A stretch of DNA of 64,000 bases from an uncultured Acidobacteriota bacterium. GTDB taxonomy: Bacteria > Acidobacteriota > Polarisedimenticolia > J045. Shown here piece by piece: positions 19,750-29,729 of the stretch (positions are counted from its first letter, which is position 1; each line of letters opens with the position of its first letter). The DNA is taken from contig CAVPCQ010000018.1 in NCBI GenBank assembly GCA_963702425.1, forward strand, positions 96,001 through 160,000, written 5' to 3'. The position numbers were made by a program, and so were the translations under genes. Below the pieces are notes generated by a model. That model was not told where the DNA came from. It did no database searches and was given only the letters and a program-made list of their open reading frames with translations.

Positions 19750-22461
19750 TCAGGGCAGGCAGTCGCCGCTTGCCGGCAGCCGCTCGCCCCCGCCCGATCC
19801 CCGCCCGTAGCTCGCCTGCGGCCCGTCCACCCCCACGCTTCCGCGCTGCAGGTAGAAGAAGGCAGCGCCCGCGGCAGGAATCCCCGCGTCCGTGCGCCCC
19901 TCGGTCGAATTGAGCGGGTCGTCGTCGGCCAGACAGACGACGGCGCCCAGCGTGACCGTGCCGCCGGCGCCCGAACCGAGGGCCGACACGTTGCCGCGGA
20001 TCACGTCGTAGCGCACCGGGCCCGACTCGACCGGCCACCGCACGAGCGTCGGCTCGCCGGGGACGACTTCGATCTGCGCCGGAGCGAGGCGGTCGATCAG
20101 CCAGATCTCGGACAGCAGGTCGGCGTTGCCGCGTGTGAAGTCGCCGAAGCCGGTGAACGCGGCCTGCTCGCCGTCGCGCGACGGGATCGCGCCGCCGCCG
20201 CCGCCGAAGAACGCGCCGAGGGCGGCCGCTCCCTCGACCACGCCGAAGCGCAGGCCACCGACGCGCTCGATCGCGCCCGTGGCGCGCACGACGCGGTAGA
20301 TGTCGGTCGGGCGGTCGGGGTCGTCTTCGAAGATCGGCGCGTCGGAGAGGAAATAGACGTACCGGCCATCCTCGCTGATCCGCGGACCCCCGGAGCCGCC
20401 GGTAGCGAACTGCGTCAGCTGGACGGTGGAGGCCGTGTCGGCGTCGTAGAGGAACAGCTCGGTGTTCCCCTCCGGGTTGGTGCCGAGCGGGTTGGTGGCG
20501 GAGGCCCAGACGACGAGGCGGCCGTCGCCGGAGATGTCGGGGCTGCGCGAGGAGAGCGTCGCGTCGCCGGTCAGGCGCTGCAGGAAGGCGCCGTCGGAGC
20601 GCACGCGCCAGATCTCGTAAGTGCCATCAGGGTTGCCGCCGTCGAGGTCGGCGTTCGACTCGAACGCGATCCAGGTCCCCGTCGAGTCGATCCGCGGCGC
20701 GCGGCTGGAAGGCGGGTTGTCCGGATCGGGGGCCGGGCTCGCCGTCAGCTGGACCAGGCCCGTCCCGTCGAGGTTGACCGCGAAGATCTCGCTCGAGGCG
20801 TCGATGTTGCCGCCCGTGAGGTCCGAGGTCGAGTCGAAGGCCACGCGCGAACGGTCGCTCGCGAGCGCCGGGCGTGCCGAGGACCCCGCGGCGGCGCTGG
20901 TCAGCTGTGCCAGGCCGCTTCCGTCGGCGTTGATCCGGAAGATCTCCCCGGTGGTATCGCCGTTGGTGCCGAGCGGGTCGCCGTCGGCGGCGTAGACGAT
21001 CGTCTGGTCATCGCCGCCGATCACGGGCCCCGAGACGCTGCCGAGCGCGGCGGCGGACACCTTGACGCGCTCGGTTCCGTCGCTCTGGACGCGCCACAGC
21101 TCGGCTTTGAGGCTCAGGCTGGCGGTGAAGGTGAAGTCGGTGGTGTAGGTGAACACGATCCGCGAGCCGTCGGGCGAGAGGTCGGGCGAGCCGATCAGGA
21201 GCGGCGAGGTGCTCGACAGCTGCCGGACGGTGCCGCCCGTGCCGGCCACGGAACAGAGCTCGGGGCTGCCGTCCGGGTTGCTGGCGTCGGCCCCGATCAG
21301 CCTGTAGAAGGCGACGCGGCTGCCATTGCCGGAGACCGTCGGGAGCAGCGAGCCGGCCGACAGCAGAGAGAAGGTCAGCGCCTGCAGCTGGGTGCCGTCG
21401 TTGCGGATCTTGAAGATCTCGAAGTTGCCGTCGAAGTTGGTGAAGATGTTGTTGTAGTTCGAGAAGAAGACGATCGTCACGCCGTCGTCGGTGATCGAGG
21501 GAGACTGCGAGGCCGGGGCGCCGAAGAGCTGGAGCAGCGCCGTGGTGTTCGTCACCTGGCGCAGCCCGGTCCCGGCCCAGTCGATCGCGAAGATCTCGGT
21601 GTAGAACTCGGCGTTGTTGGCCACCAGGTTGGCGTTGGACTGGAACGCGATCCGGTTGCCGCTCCCCGCCAGGTCCGCCGAGCTGCTGTCGTAGCCGACG
21701 GGCGTGGTCGTCAACTGGCGCAGGTTCGTCCCGTCGCCGGTCATCGCGAAGATCTCGCTGCCGAGGTCGGCGTTGGTCCCGAGCGGGTCCCCGTCGTAGC
21801 CGAAGGCGATCCGCGCTCCGTCGTCGCTGATCGAGAACTTGCCGAGCCCGCCGCTGGCGAAGCTCGTGAGCTGCTTCAGCCCGCTGCCGTCGCGGTTGAT
21901 CGCGAAGAGCTGGGTCCGGTTCTGCGGGTTGGTGCCGAACGGGTCGAGGTTGGCGCTGAAGACGATCTTCAGCCCGTTGCCCGACAGCACGACCGTGCCG
22001 ACGCTGCCCGCGACGGGCGAGGGATCGTTCGTCAACTGCGTGATCGCCGTGCCGTCGTTCCGCATCACGAACAGCTCGGAGCTGCGGTCGTAGTTCTGCC
22101 CGATCAGGTCGGCAGGCGAGGCGAAGGCGAGCCACTGGCCGTCGTCGCTGACCGACACGCTGGCCGCCACCCCTTCCCGGCGCGACGTGATCTGCGTCCC
22201 GGCGCCGGTCGCGGCGTCGAAGCGCACCACCTGGAAGCCGTGCGTCGGGTTCTGGCCGAGCTGATCGGTCGACGTGCCCGAGTAGACGACCGTCCCGGCG
22301 TCGTTGAGAGCGCCAGGCCCGGGAGCGCTGGTCAGCGTGAAGGTGACCTGCCGGACGACCTGCGCCCCGGACGGGAAACCGGACAGCAGGAGGAGGGTGG
22401 CGACGAGCGCCGGGCGCACGACGCGCAGCGCGACAGAGACGTCGGACAAGAGCGGCTTCAT
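19750..22461 (-). CDS. Secreted TolB/PD40-like beta-propeller repeat protein with Cys-containing C-terminal domain
   Basis: Signal peptide; more than a dozen repeats of S.DG..IAF.S..D..G.N.D...EIF; C-terminus FFYL...SYG.GS.G.ER....CLP. Confidence 0.8.
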   Translation of the reverse strand: MKPLLSDVSVALRVVRPALVATLLLLSGFPSGAQVVRQVTFTLTSAPGPGALNDAGTVVYSGTSTDQLGQNPTHGFQVVRFDAATGAGTQITSRREGVAASVSVSDDGQWLAFASPADLIGQNYDRSSELFVMRNDGTAITQLTNDPSPVAGSVGTVVLSGNGLKIVFSANLDPFGTNPQNRTQLFAINRDGSGLKQLTSFASGGLGKFSISDDGARIAFGYDGDPLGTNADLGSEIFAMTGDGTNLRQLTTTPVGYDSSSADLAGSGNRIAFQSNANLVANNAEFYTEIFAIDWAGTGLRQVTNTTALLQLFGAPASQSPSITDDGVTIVFFSNYNNIFTNFDGNFEIFKIRNDGTQLQALTFSLLSAGSLLPTVSGNGSRVAFYRLIGADASNPDGSPELCSVAGTGGTVRQLSSTSPLLIGSPDLSPDGSRIVFTYTTDFTFTASLSLKAELWRVQSDGTERVKVSAAALGSVSGPVIGGDDQTIVYAADGDPLGTNGDTTGEIFRINADGSGLAQLTSAAAGSSARPALASDRSRVAFDSTSDLTGGNIDASSEIFAVNLDGTGLVQLTASPAPDPDNPPSSRAPRIDSTGTWIAFESNADLDGGNPDGTYEIWRVRSDGAFLQRLTGDATLSSRSPDISGDGRLVVWASATNPLGTNPEGNTELFLYDADTASTVQLTQFATGGSGGPRISEDGRYVYFLSDAPIFEDDPDRPTDIYRVVRATGAIERVGGLRFGVVEGAAALGAFFGGGGGAIPSRDGEQAAFTGFGDFTRGNADLLSEIWLIDRLAPAQIEVVPGEPTLVRWPVESGPVRYDVIRGNVSALGSGAGGTVTLGAVVCLADDDPLNSTEGRTDAGIPAAGAAFFYLQRGSVGVDGPQASYGRGSGGGERLPASGDCLP

Positions 22462-22531
22462 GAGTTCTCCCCGGGCACTGCGCGCGCCCGGGAGTCTACG
22501 ACGGTAAGGGCGGGCGTGCCGCGGAAAGACC

Positions 22532-23590
22532 TCAGCGGTGACGCCGGGACCGCCGCGCGGCCTCGGGGCCTCCCAGCGGGAGGTGCGCCGCCGCGTCCAG
22601 CTCGTCCAGGTCGTCCTCGCCGGCGAGCAGGCGGGGAAGCCCGGCCTTCAGGATCATCGCGGCGTTGTCGGCGCAGTAGCGCGCCGGCGGGATCGAGAGC
22701 GCCAGCCCGTGGGCGTCGGCGAGCCGAGTGCACTCCGCCCCCAGGAGGCGGTTCGCGGCCACCCCGCCGGCGAGCACCAGGGCCCGCGGCCGCTCCGACT
22801 CGATCGCCTGCCGCGTGCGGCGCACCAGCTCGCGCACCACGGCGTATCGGAACGCTGCGACCAGGTCGAGCATCGCGGGGGGCGGCGGATCGTCGGGGTG
22901 GGCGAGCGGTGCGATGCCGCCCCGCTCGGCGTGAACCCGCGCCGCGGTCTTGTACCCGGAGAACGAGAAGGCCGGCTCCCCCTTCGTCCGCACCTCACCG
23001 AACGCCACCGCGAGCGGGTTCCCGTGCTCGGCCAGCCGGTCGATGACGGGGCCGCCGGGGTAGGGGAGCCCGAGCATCTTCGCGACCTTGTCGAAGGCCT
23101 CGCCGGCCGCGTCGTCTCGCGTGCGCGCGGTCTCGACGTAGACCCCCTGGGCCGCGATCCGCCACAACGCGGTGTGGCCCCCCGAGACGACGAGCGCCAG
23201 CGCCGGGTACGGAAGCGCGGGGCACTCGAGCCAGCCGGAGGCGATGTGCCCCTCGAGGTGGTTCACGCCGACGACCGGCAGCCCGCGCCGCAGCCCGAGG
23301 CCGCGCGCGTACGCCAGACCGACGAGCAGCGAGCCGACCAGTCCCGGCCCGCGCGTCACCGCGATCCCGGCGATCCGGTCCAGGCCGGTCCCGGCGTCAG
23401 AGAGCGCCCGCTCGACGACCGGGCCGATCGCCTCGAGGTGGTGCCGCGCCGCGATCTCGGGGACGACGCCGCCGTAGGGGGCGTGCAGCCGGACCTGCGA
23501 GGAGACGACCGACGAGCGGACGAAGCCGTGGCCGTCGAGGACCGCGGCGCAGGTGTCGTCGCACGACGACTCGATGCCTAAGAAGAGCAC
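22532..23590 (-). CDS. tsaD: tRNA N6-adenosine threonylcarbamoyltransferase
   Basis: LGIESSCDDT, GGVVPE, HLEGH, SGGHT, DDAAGEAFDK, DNAAMI. Confidence 0.97.
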   Translation of the reverse strand: MLFLGIESSCDDTCAAVLDGHGFVRSSVVSSQVRLHAPYGGVVPEIAARHHLEAIGPVVERALSDAGTGLDRIAGIAVTRGPGLVGSLLVGLAYARGLGLRRGLPVVGVNHLEGHIASGWLECPALPYPALALVVSGGHTALWRIAAQGVYVETARTRDDAAGEAFDKVAKMLGLPYPGGPVIDRLAEHGNPLAVAFGEVRTKGEPAFSFSGYKTAARVHAERGGIAPLAHPDDPPPPAMLDLVAAFRYAVVRELVRRTRQAIESERPRALVLAGGVAANRLLGAECTRLADAHGLALSIPPARYCADNAAMILKAGLPRLLAGEDDLDELDAAAHLPLGGPEAARRSRRHR

Positions 23591-23679
23591 TCCGCGATTG
23601 TAGACACCCGGCCGCCTGACCGGCGCCCGGCGGCGGACCCGGCGGCGCGCAACCGTCGCGGGCGGGGCGAAGGGGTAAT

Positions 23680-23880
23680 AGGCGGGGCCGGGGTCCCAGA
23701 TCGGGCCCAGGAAAGATACCGGCCCCGCCGTAAGCTCTTCGGAAGCCCCTGACCGGGAGGCCTGATCGGGGCGACAAGCCCCCCGGTTCGGGAGTATCCG
23801 TCTCGCCGTCCGCTTGGCCTCACGAGGCCCTCATGGGTCGGGGCGCTGCGGGCGGCGAGGAAAAGCCGTTGGCGAGCGCC
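23680..23880 (-). ncRNA. Candidate structured sigma-54-dependent RNA (~200 nt)
   Basis: Several hairpins ending in GGCGGGGCCGG...CCGGCCCCGCC-TATT; downstream of a sigma-54 promoter; no credible ORF. Confidence 0.4.
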
Positions 23881-23888
23881 AGACCCTT

Positions 23889-23906
23889 TTGCAAGAGCGG
23901 GGCCAA
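23889..23906 (-). promoter_or_regulatory. Sigma-54 (-24/-12) promoter
   Basis: TTGGCCCCGCTCTTGCA on the minus strand (GG-N10-GC with TTGCA), divergent from a bEBP gene. Confidence 0.6.
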
Positions 23907-24124
23907 TACCTGGAACGGGTGCCGGAAAGGCCCTGCCCGGCTGGACCCTCATGAGAAGATGCTTCAAGTACTTTTCGGTCAATTGTTTAGATTCTCCTGT
24001 GGGAACCGCTCCTCGGTTCCTGCCGGACGACCACCCCGTCTGTGGAGCGGGGAATATTTACCCGCCGTGGCATAATTCCCCTTATGGCGACCCGTCGTCC
24101 GTGCCCTCCTTCCGAGCCGAGCCG

Positions 24125-26095
24125 ATGACCGATCCGTCTCCGCGGACCCCCCCTCCTCCCGGCCCTCCGGAGGCGCTCGCCGCGCTCGAGCGGACCCTGT
24201 TCGAGGAAGCGATCGCGCTCGCTCTCGACGGCGCGGCCGAGGAGGCGGTGTCGGTGTTGCGCGAGGCACCGCACCGGCCCGACTCGCCCGAATGGGTGCT
24301 CGGCCTGGCACGCGCGCGGTTCGCACGCGACGCGGCGGGCGATCGCGCGCAGGCTCGCGAGGCGCTGCGCGCGCTCGCCGAAGCCGGCGGTGAGCACGCC
24401 TGGCGCGCCTGGCTTCAGCTCGCGCGGGACGCGCGGCGCGAGAAGCGGATCGACGCCGCCGCCGGGATGCTGAAGGCCGCTCTCGACGCCTTCCGCGCGA
24501 CCGCCGCCGGACAGGGCCCGGGGGCGGAACTGCTGGCCGATCTGCTCTCGCGCGAGGTGCGCCACCTCCGGGCCCGCTCCGCTACCGCGACCACCAGCGG
24601 CGAGAGCTCAGGGCCGCGCCGCGCGCTCGACGCTTCGGCGCTGCTGCGGATCGTTGAGTTCGGAAAGCGCGCCGCGACGATCACGGAGCCGCAGGAGATC
24701 CTGGCCCTGGTGCTCGAAGAGGCGATCGCGCTCTCCGGGACGGAGCGCGGGTTCATCGTACTCGTCGAGGGGGAACGGCTCGAGCTGGCGCTCTCGCGCC
24801 CGGTCGATCGCATCGACCCGAGCGCGCCGGAATTCGCGGTCAGCCGGACGCTGGTGCGGGAGGTCGTGCGGACCGGTCAGCCGGCCTACATCGAAGAGCC
24901 GTCGGAGAGCGGTGATCACCCGGCCGGCGCGAGCCTGACGGATCGCGGCGTGCGCGCGGTGGCCTGCGTTCCGATCATCAGCGCGGGGACGCTGGTCGGC
25001 GTGCTCTACGTCGATCACCGTACCCGGGTGCGTCAGATGGACGGCGCGACCGCTCACCTCCTGGAGCTGTTCGCGGGCCAGGCGGCGGTGGCGCTGGAAA
25101 ACGCCCGCGCGCACGCTGCGCACCGCCGCGCGCTCGAGACCGCCCAGGAAGCGCTGCGCCTGCGCCGCGAGGCGAGCGATCGCTCGTCGGAGTTCGAGCC
25201 ACTGGTCGGGCGCTCGCCGGCGATGGAGGACCTGTTCCTGCGACTCGAGCGGATCCTGCCGACCGACGCGCCGGTCCTCGTCCGGGGCGAAACCGGGACC
25301 GGCAAGGATCTCGTCGCGCAGATCATCCACCGTCGCGGTCCGCGCAGCCGTGGCGAGTACGTCGCCTTCAACTGCGCCGGCGTCCCGGAGAGCCTGCTCG
25401 AGGACCAGCTCTTCGGCCACGAGCGCGGGGCGTTCACCGGGGCGATCCAGTCCCACGCCGGCCTGTTCGAGGTGGCGCACCGCGGCACGCTCTTCCTCGA
25501 CGAGGTCGGCGACATGAGCCCGCGGATGCAGTCCGCGCTCCTGCGCGTGCTGGAGTCGGGCGAGGTGCGGCGATTGGGCGGTCGCGACACGATCGAGGTC
25601 GACGTGCGGATCCTCGCCGCGACGCACCGTGACCTCGAGGCGATGGTCGAGGAGGGGTCCTTCCGCCGGGACCTGTTCTTCCGCCTGAACGTGCTGTCGG
25701 TCTCGCTCCCTGCGCTGCGCGAGCGGGCGGTCGATCTGCCGCTCCTGATCGGTGCCCTCTGGACCCGGCTGCAGGGCGGCGAGCCGCCCGAATTCGCGCC
25801 CGAGGCGATGCAGCGTCTGATGGACTATCACTGGCCGGGCAACGTCCGGGAGCTCGAGAACGTTCTGGAGCGGCTGATCGCGCTGCGCGTCTCGCGGGTC
25901 ACGGTCGAGAACCTCCCGCCCGAGATCGCGGTCAACGCCCCGGTGACGGGCCGCGCGGGGACGCTGCGCGAGGCCGAGGAAGCGGCGATCCGGCGCGCGC
26001 TGGAGGAAGCGAAGGGGAACAAGGCGCTCGCGGCGCGGATCCTCGACATCGACCGCAAGACGCTCTACCTCAAGCTCAAGGCGACCGGCGGATGA
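24125..26095 (+). CDS. Sigma-54 enhancer-binding protein with helical (TPR-like) N-terminus and GAF domain
   Basis: GAF (ERGFI..GVLYVD..AAVALEN), GETGTGKD, GAFTGA, WPGNVREL, HTH. Confidence 0.9.
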   Translation: MTDPSPRTPPPPGPPEALAALERTLFEEAIALALDGAAEEAVSVLREAPHRPDSPEWVLGLARARFARDAAGDRAQAREALRALAEAGGEHAWRAWLQLARDARREKRIDAAAGMLKAALDAFRATAAGQGPGAELLADLLSREVRHLRARSATATTSGESSGPRRALDASALLRIVEFGKRAATITEPQEILALVLEEAIALSGTERGFIVLVEGERLELALSRPVDRIDPSAPEFAVSRTLVREVVRTGQPAYIEEPSESGDHPAGASLTDRGVRAVACVPIISAGTLVGVLYVDHRTRVRQMDGATAHLLELFAGQAAVALENARAHAAHRRALETAQEALRLRREASDRSSEFEPLVGRSPAMEDLFLRLERILPTDAPVLVRGETGTGKDLVAQIIHRRGPRSRGEYVAFNCAGVPESLLEDQLFGHERGAFTGAIQSHAGLFEVAHRGTLFLDEVGDMSPRMQSALLRVLESGEVRRLGGRDTIEVDVRILAATHRDLEAMVEEGSFRRDLFFRLNVLSVSLPALRERAVDLPLLIGALWTRLQGGEPPEFAPEAMQRLMDYHWPGNVRELENVLERLIALRVSRVTVENLPPEIAVNAPVTGRAGTLREAEEAAIRRALEEAKGNKALAARILDIDRKTLYLKLKATGG

Positions 26096-27222
26096 GCGTG
26101 CCCGCAGCGCCCGCACGACGCCCCCGCGTGGCGACTGCCGTCGGGTGGTCCGGGATCGCCGCCGGGATCACCGCGGGCGCCGTCTTCCAGTTCCTGCGCA
26201 CCCGGCCGGCCCTCACCGAATCGGCCTACAGCGCCGGGCCCTACCCGCCGGTCGCCGGCACGCTGGCCGCGCTCTCTGCGCTCGTTCCGTTCTCGCTGGC
26301 CGAGCTTTCGTTCGCGCTGGTGGCGCTGGTCGTGCTCGCGGCGCCGATCCGCGGCTGGCGGCGGGCGCGGCGGAACTCCGGCACGCGCGGGCGGGCCGCG
26401 CTCGCCGCGCTGGTCACGCTCGCCGGCACAGCGGGCTGGACCTGGGCCCTGTTCCTGGCGCTGTGGGGCTTCAGCTACGCGCGCCCGCTTGCCGGCCAGC
26501 TGTTCGACCTGCCGAAGGCCGAGCGTGAGCGGGACGACCGGATGGTGGCGCGGATCCCCGGCATCCTCAGCGCCCTGCGCGACGGGCTGCCCGAAGACCG
26601 AGAAGGGGTCGTGGCGATGACTGAGGACCTCGCCGCCCTCGACCGGGAGCTCGCCGTCCTGCAGGCCGACGTCCTCGACCACGCGCGGCTGCCACGCGTC
26701 GCGGGCGGCCGGACCAAGCGCTTCGTCGCCAGCCCGCTGATGCTGCGCTGGGGCGTCTCCGGCGTGTACGGCCCGTTCACCGGCGAGCCCAACGTCGCGT
26801 TCCCCGCCGCCCCCGGGACGCTGCCGTTCACGGTCGCTCACGAGCGGGCGCACCTGCAGGGCTTTGCCTGGGAGGAGGACGCCAGCTTCGTGGCGCTGCT
26901 CACGCTCTGGCGCTCCGAGCGGCCGGAGCTGCGCTACGCCGGCTGGCTCGCGCTCTGGATCGAGCTGCAGCGGCCGCCGAAAGGCCTGTCGCCGGCGGTC
27001 CAGCGCGACCTTGCCGCGATCGGCTACTTCTACCGGGCGCACCGCGGTCGCGAGGCGCCGGCGGTGAACCGCGCCTACAGCGCGTACCTCGAGGCGCACG
27101 GGGTGAAGGGGGGCGTCGCCAGCTACGCGCGCGTCGCCGACCTCGCGCTGCGCTGGCTCGCGAAATACGGCGTTCCGGGCGCGGGCTACAGCCCCAGCGC
27201 GGACTCCAGCTCGTCGATGTGA
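26092..27222 (+). CDS. DUF3810-like membrane zincin protein
   Basis: N-terminal TMs, WGFSYAR, GVYGPFTGE.N, HERAH..G...E.DASF. Confidence 0.75.
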   Translation: MSVPAAPARRPRVATAVGWSGIAAGITAGAVFQFLRTRPALTESAYSAGPYPPVAGTLAALSALVPFSLAELSFALVALVVLAAPIRGWRRARRNSGTRGRAALAALVTLAGTAGWTWALFLALWGFSYARPLAGQLFDLPKAERERDDRMVARIPGILSALRDGLPEDREGVVAMTEDLAALDRELAVLQADVLDHARLPRVAGGRTKRFVASPLMLRWGVSGVYGPFTGEPNVAFPAAPGTLPFTVAHERAHLQGFAWEEDASFVALLTLWRSERPELRYAGWLALWIELQRPPKGLSPAVQRDLAAIGYFYRAHRGREAPAVNRAYSAYLEAHGVKGGVASYARVADLALRWLAKYGVPGAGYSPSADSSSSM

Positions 27223-27965
27223 TCGATCACGAGGCTCGGCGGCGGGACGACGCGCGTCTCGGCGCCGGGCCGGTACTTCCCGGTCCGCACCAGCACCCCC
27301 GCGCCGAGCCCGGCCGCGACGGCGCCCGAGGCGTCGAATTCGGCGTCGTCGCCGCACATCGCGAGGCCCGCGAGCGGCACCCCCAGGCTGCCCGCGATCT
27401 GCCCGAACAGCAGGGGAGAGGGCTTACCGAGGTTCTCGAACGGAACCTCGGCCGCATAGGACAGGAACGCCGCCAGAGGGCCCGTGTCGGAGACCAGCCG
27501 GCCGTCCCGCTGGAACAGCCGGTTGGCCTGCAGCGTGTAGAGCCGCGCGCCGCCGAGCAGCGCCTCGATGGCCGGGGCGAGGTCGCCGATCGCGAGGCCG
27601 TGCCCCTCGGTCGCCAGCAGCACCGAGCGCGCCTGCTCCGGCGGGGTCGGACGGAACCACGACAGCTCCGGCAGCGAGTCGGGTGCGGCGAGCAGGATCC
27701 CCTCGCCGTGACCGCGCTCGGCGAGCACGACCCGCGCCACGGTCATCGGGTTGACGATGTCGTCCGCTTCGGCCCCGAACCCGGCCCGCGAGAGCGCATC
27801 GGCGAGCCAAGCCCGGGTGCGCGAGGTCGTGTTCGTGACGAAGCGCACCGGCACCCGGGCGCGCAGCCGGCGCACCGCCTCGATCGCGCCGGGGAGCGCC
27901 GTCCCGCCCACCCCGTCGGTCAGTGTGCCGTCGAGGTCGAGCAGCACGGCGCGGACGGCGGTCAC
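27186..27965 (-). CDS. HAD-superfamily subfamily IIA hydrolase (LHPP-like)
   Basis: [32 protein letters not shown]; GTG overlaps the mtnA stop. Confidence 0.88.
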   Translation of the reverse strand: MTAVRAVLLDLDGTLTDGVGGTALPGAIEAVRRLRARVPVRFVTNTTSRTRAWLADALSRAGFGAEADDIVNPMTVARVVLAERGHGEGILLAAPDSLPELSWFRPTPPEQARSVLLATEGHGLAIGDLAPAIEALLGGARLYTLQANRLFQRDGRLVSDTGPLAAFLSYAAEVPFENLGKPSPLLFGQIAGSLGVPLAGLAMCGDDAEFDASGAVAAGLGAGVLVRTGKYRPGAETRVVPPPSLVIDHIDELESALGL

Positions 27966-29179
27966 GGGAAGAGCTCCTCCTCGTCGTCGGAGCCCGCGCC
28001 GAAGTCCCTCGACGAAGACTCCTCGCCGTCGGACCCCTCGATGGCCAGTATGGCGGCGGTATCGGCCATTTCGATGGCCGTCTCGTCGTCGTCGTCGGCC
28101 CCGCGGAAGTCCGTTTCCTGCGGGGTGGGTTCCGCTTCGAGCCCGAGCAGCCGCGCGATCCCCGAGGCGAACGGCGGGCGCACGATCCCGGCCTCGGTGA
28201 CGATCGCAGTGACGAACGCGGCCGGCGTGACGTCGAACGCCGGGTTCCGCGCGGAGACCCCTTCGGGAGCCAGGCGCGCCCCGCCGAGGTGCGTCACCTC
28301 GTCGGCCGACCGCTCCTCGATCGGGATCATGTCGCCGGAGGGACACGCGGCGTCGAAGGTCGAGAGCGGGGCGGCGACGTAGAACGGCACGCCGTGCCGG
28401 CGCGCCAGCACCGCGAGCGGGTAGGTCCCGATCTTGTTGGCGACGTCGCCGTTGCGCGCGATCCGGTCGGCGCCGACGACGACCAGGTCGACCTCGCCGC
28501 GCGCGAGCAGCGAGCCGGCCATGTTGTCGGCGATGACCGTGACCGGGATGCCGTCCTTCTGGAGCTCCCACGCGGTCAGCCGTGAGCCCTGCAGATAGGG
28601 CCGGGTCTCGTCGGCGATCACGGAGATTTTCTTTCCCTCTTCGACCGCGGCGCGGACGACGCCCAGCGCGGTCCCGTAGCCACCGGTCGCCAGTGCGCCG
28701 GCATTGCAGTGCGTCAGCACGCGCGCGCCGTCGGGGACCAGCATCGAGCCGTGCCGCCCCATCGCGCGGTTGCCGGCGATGTCCTCGTCCTTGATCGCGA
28801 TCGCCTCGCGTTCGGCGCGATCGGCGGCTTCCGCCACGCTCGCCCCGTTTTCGAACGCGCGGTGCACGGCGTCGCGCACGCGCTCCACCGCCCAGGCGAG
28901 GTTGACGGCCGTGGGGCGCGCCGCGGTCAGCGTGGCCGCGGCGACGTCGAGCCGGGCCCGGAACGCCCCCTCGTCGAGCCCGCGCGCCGCGCGCGCCGCG
29001 AGCGCCATCCCGAACCCGGCCGCGATGCCGATCGCCGGGGCGCCGCGCACCACCATGTCCGTGATGGCCGTCGCCACGGCCTCGGGCGAGTCCAGCTCGA
29101 TCCACGTTTCCTGGTGGGGCAGCAGGCGCTGGTCGAGCAGCGCGACACCGTGGTCGCCGAACGTCACCGGTTCGATCAT
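27962..29179 (-). CDS. mtnA: S-methyl-5-thioribose-1-phosphate isomerase with acidic C-terminal extension
   Basis: [55 protein letters not shown]. Confidence 0.95.
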   Translation of the reverse strand: MIEPVTFGDHGVALLDQRLLPHQETWIELDSPEAVATAITDMVVRGAPAIGIAAGFGMALAARAARGLDEGAFRARLDVAAATLTAARPTAVNLAWAVERVRDAVHRAFENGASVAEAADRAEREAIAIKDEDIAGNRAMGRHGSMLVPDGARVLTHCNAGALATGGYGTALGVVRAAVEEGKKISVIADETRPYLQGSRLTAWELQKDGIPVTVIADNMAGSLLARGEVDLVVVGADRIARNGDVANKIGTYPLAVLARRHGVPFYVAAPLSTFDAACPSGDMIPIEERSADEVTHLGGARLAPEGVSARNPAFDVTPAAFVTAIVTEAGIVRPPFASGIARLLGLEAEPTPQETDFRGADDDDETAIEMADTAAILAIEGSDGEESSSRDFGAGSDDEEELFP

Positions 29180-29189
29180 CGTTCCGTCC

Positions 29190-29639
29190 TCATTCCACCG
29201 TTCCCTCGGCCGTCACGCGGCCGTCCTCGTCCTCGATGCGGTAGCGCCAGGTGTACTTCGGTTCGGCGAGCATCGCCGTGACCGAGCAGTAGCGGTCGCG
29301 CGACAGGCGGATCGCGTCCTCGACCGCCTTCGCCGGGACACCCCGGCCGCGGACGGTGTAGAGCACGTCGAAGGAGGTGTAGACCTTCGGGAACGGGTTC
29401 TCCCGTCGGACCCCGTCGACCGCGATCGTCAGCGCCGTCACCTCGGCGTGCATCTTCTCCAGGATCCCTACCACGTCGATTCCGCTGCACGCCCCGAGGG
29501 CGGGCAGCAGCAGTTCCATCGGGGTCGGCCCGGAGGCCTTGCCGTCGGGGCTGCTGTCGATGGCGAGACTGTGGCCTCCCACTTCGGCGTCGAAGCGGCG
29601 GTTTCCCTTCCAGGTCAAGGTCGCGCGTGGCATGGTCAT
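29190..29639 (-). CDS. OsmC/YhfA family protein
   Basis: [16 protein letters not shown]...LS.DRYCSV with two conserved Cys. Confidence 0.88.
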   Translation of the reverse strand: MTMPRATLTWKGNRRFDAEVGGHSLAIDSSPDGKASGPTPMELLLPALGACSGIDVVGILEKMHAEVTALTIAVDGVRRENPFPKVYTSFDVLYTVRGRGVPAKAVEDAIRLSRDRYCSVTAMLAEPKYTWRYRIEDEDGRVTAEGTVE

Positions 29640-29729
29640 CCTCCCCCGGGACGCGAGAGGATAACGCCGAAGGGCCGAACGGTGAAACAATCGCGGGCCG
29701 GGGCGCCCCGCCCCCCAGGGAGAGACTCG

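Noticed and set aside
19669-23046. Long Arg/Gly/Ala-rich ORFs opposite real genes (also 36126-39689, 52207-56574, 3403-6201)
   Set aside because: Shadow ORFs from stop-codon scarcity; no recognisable motifs
23680-23960. RNase P, tmRNA, 6S or SRP RNA
   Set aside because: GAGGAAAAGCC resembles the RNase P motif but the other universally conserved segments and tRNA-like ends are absent
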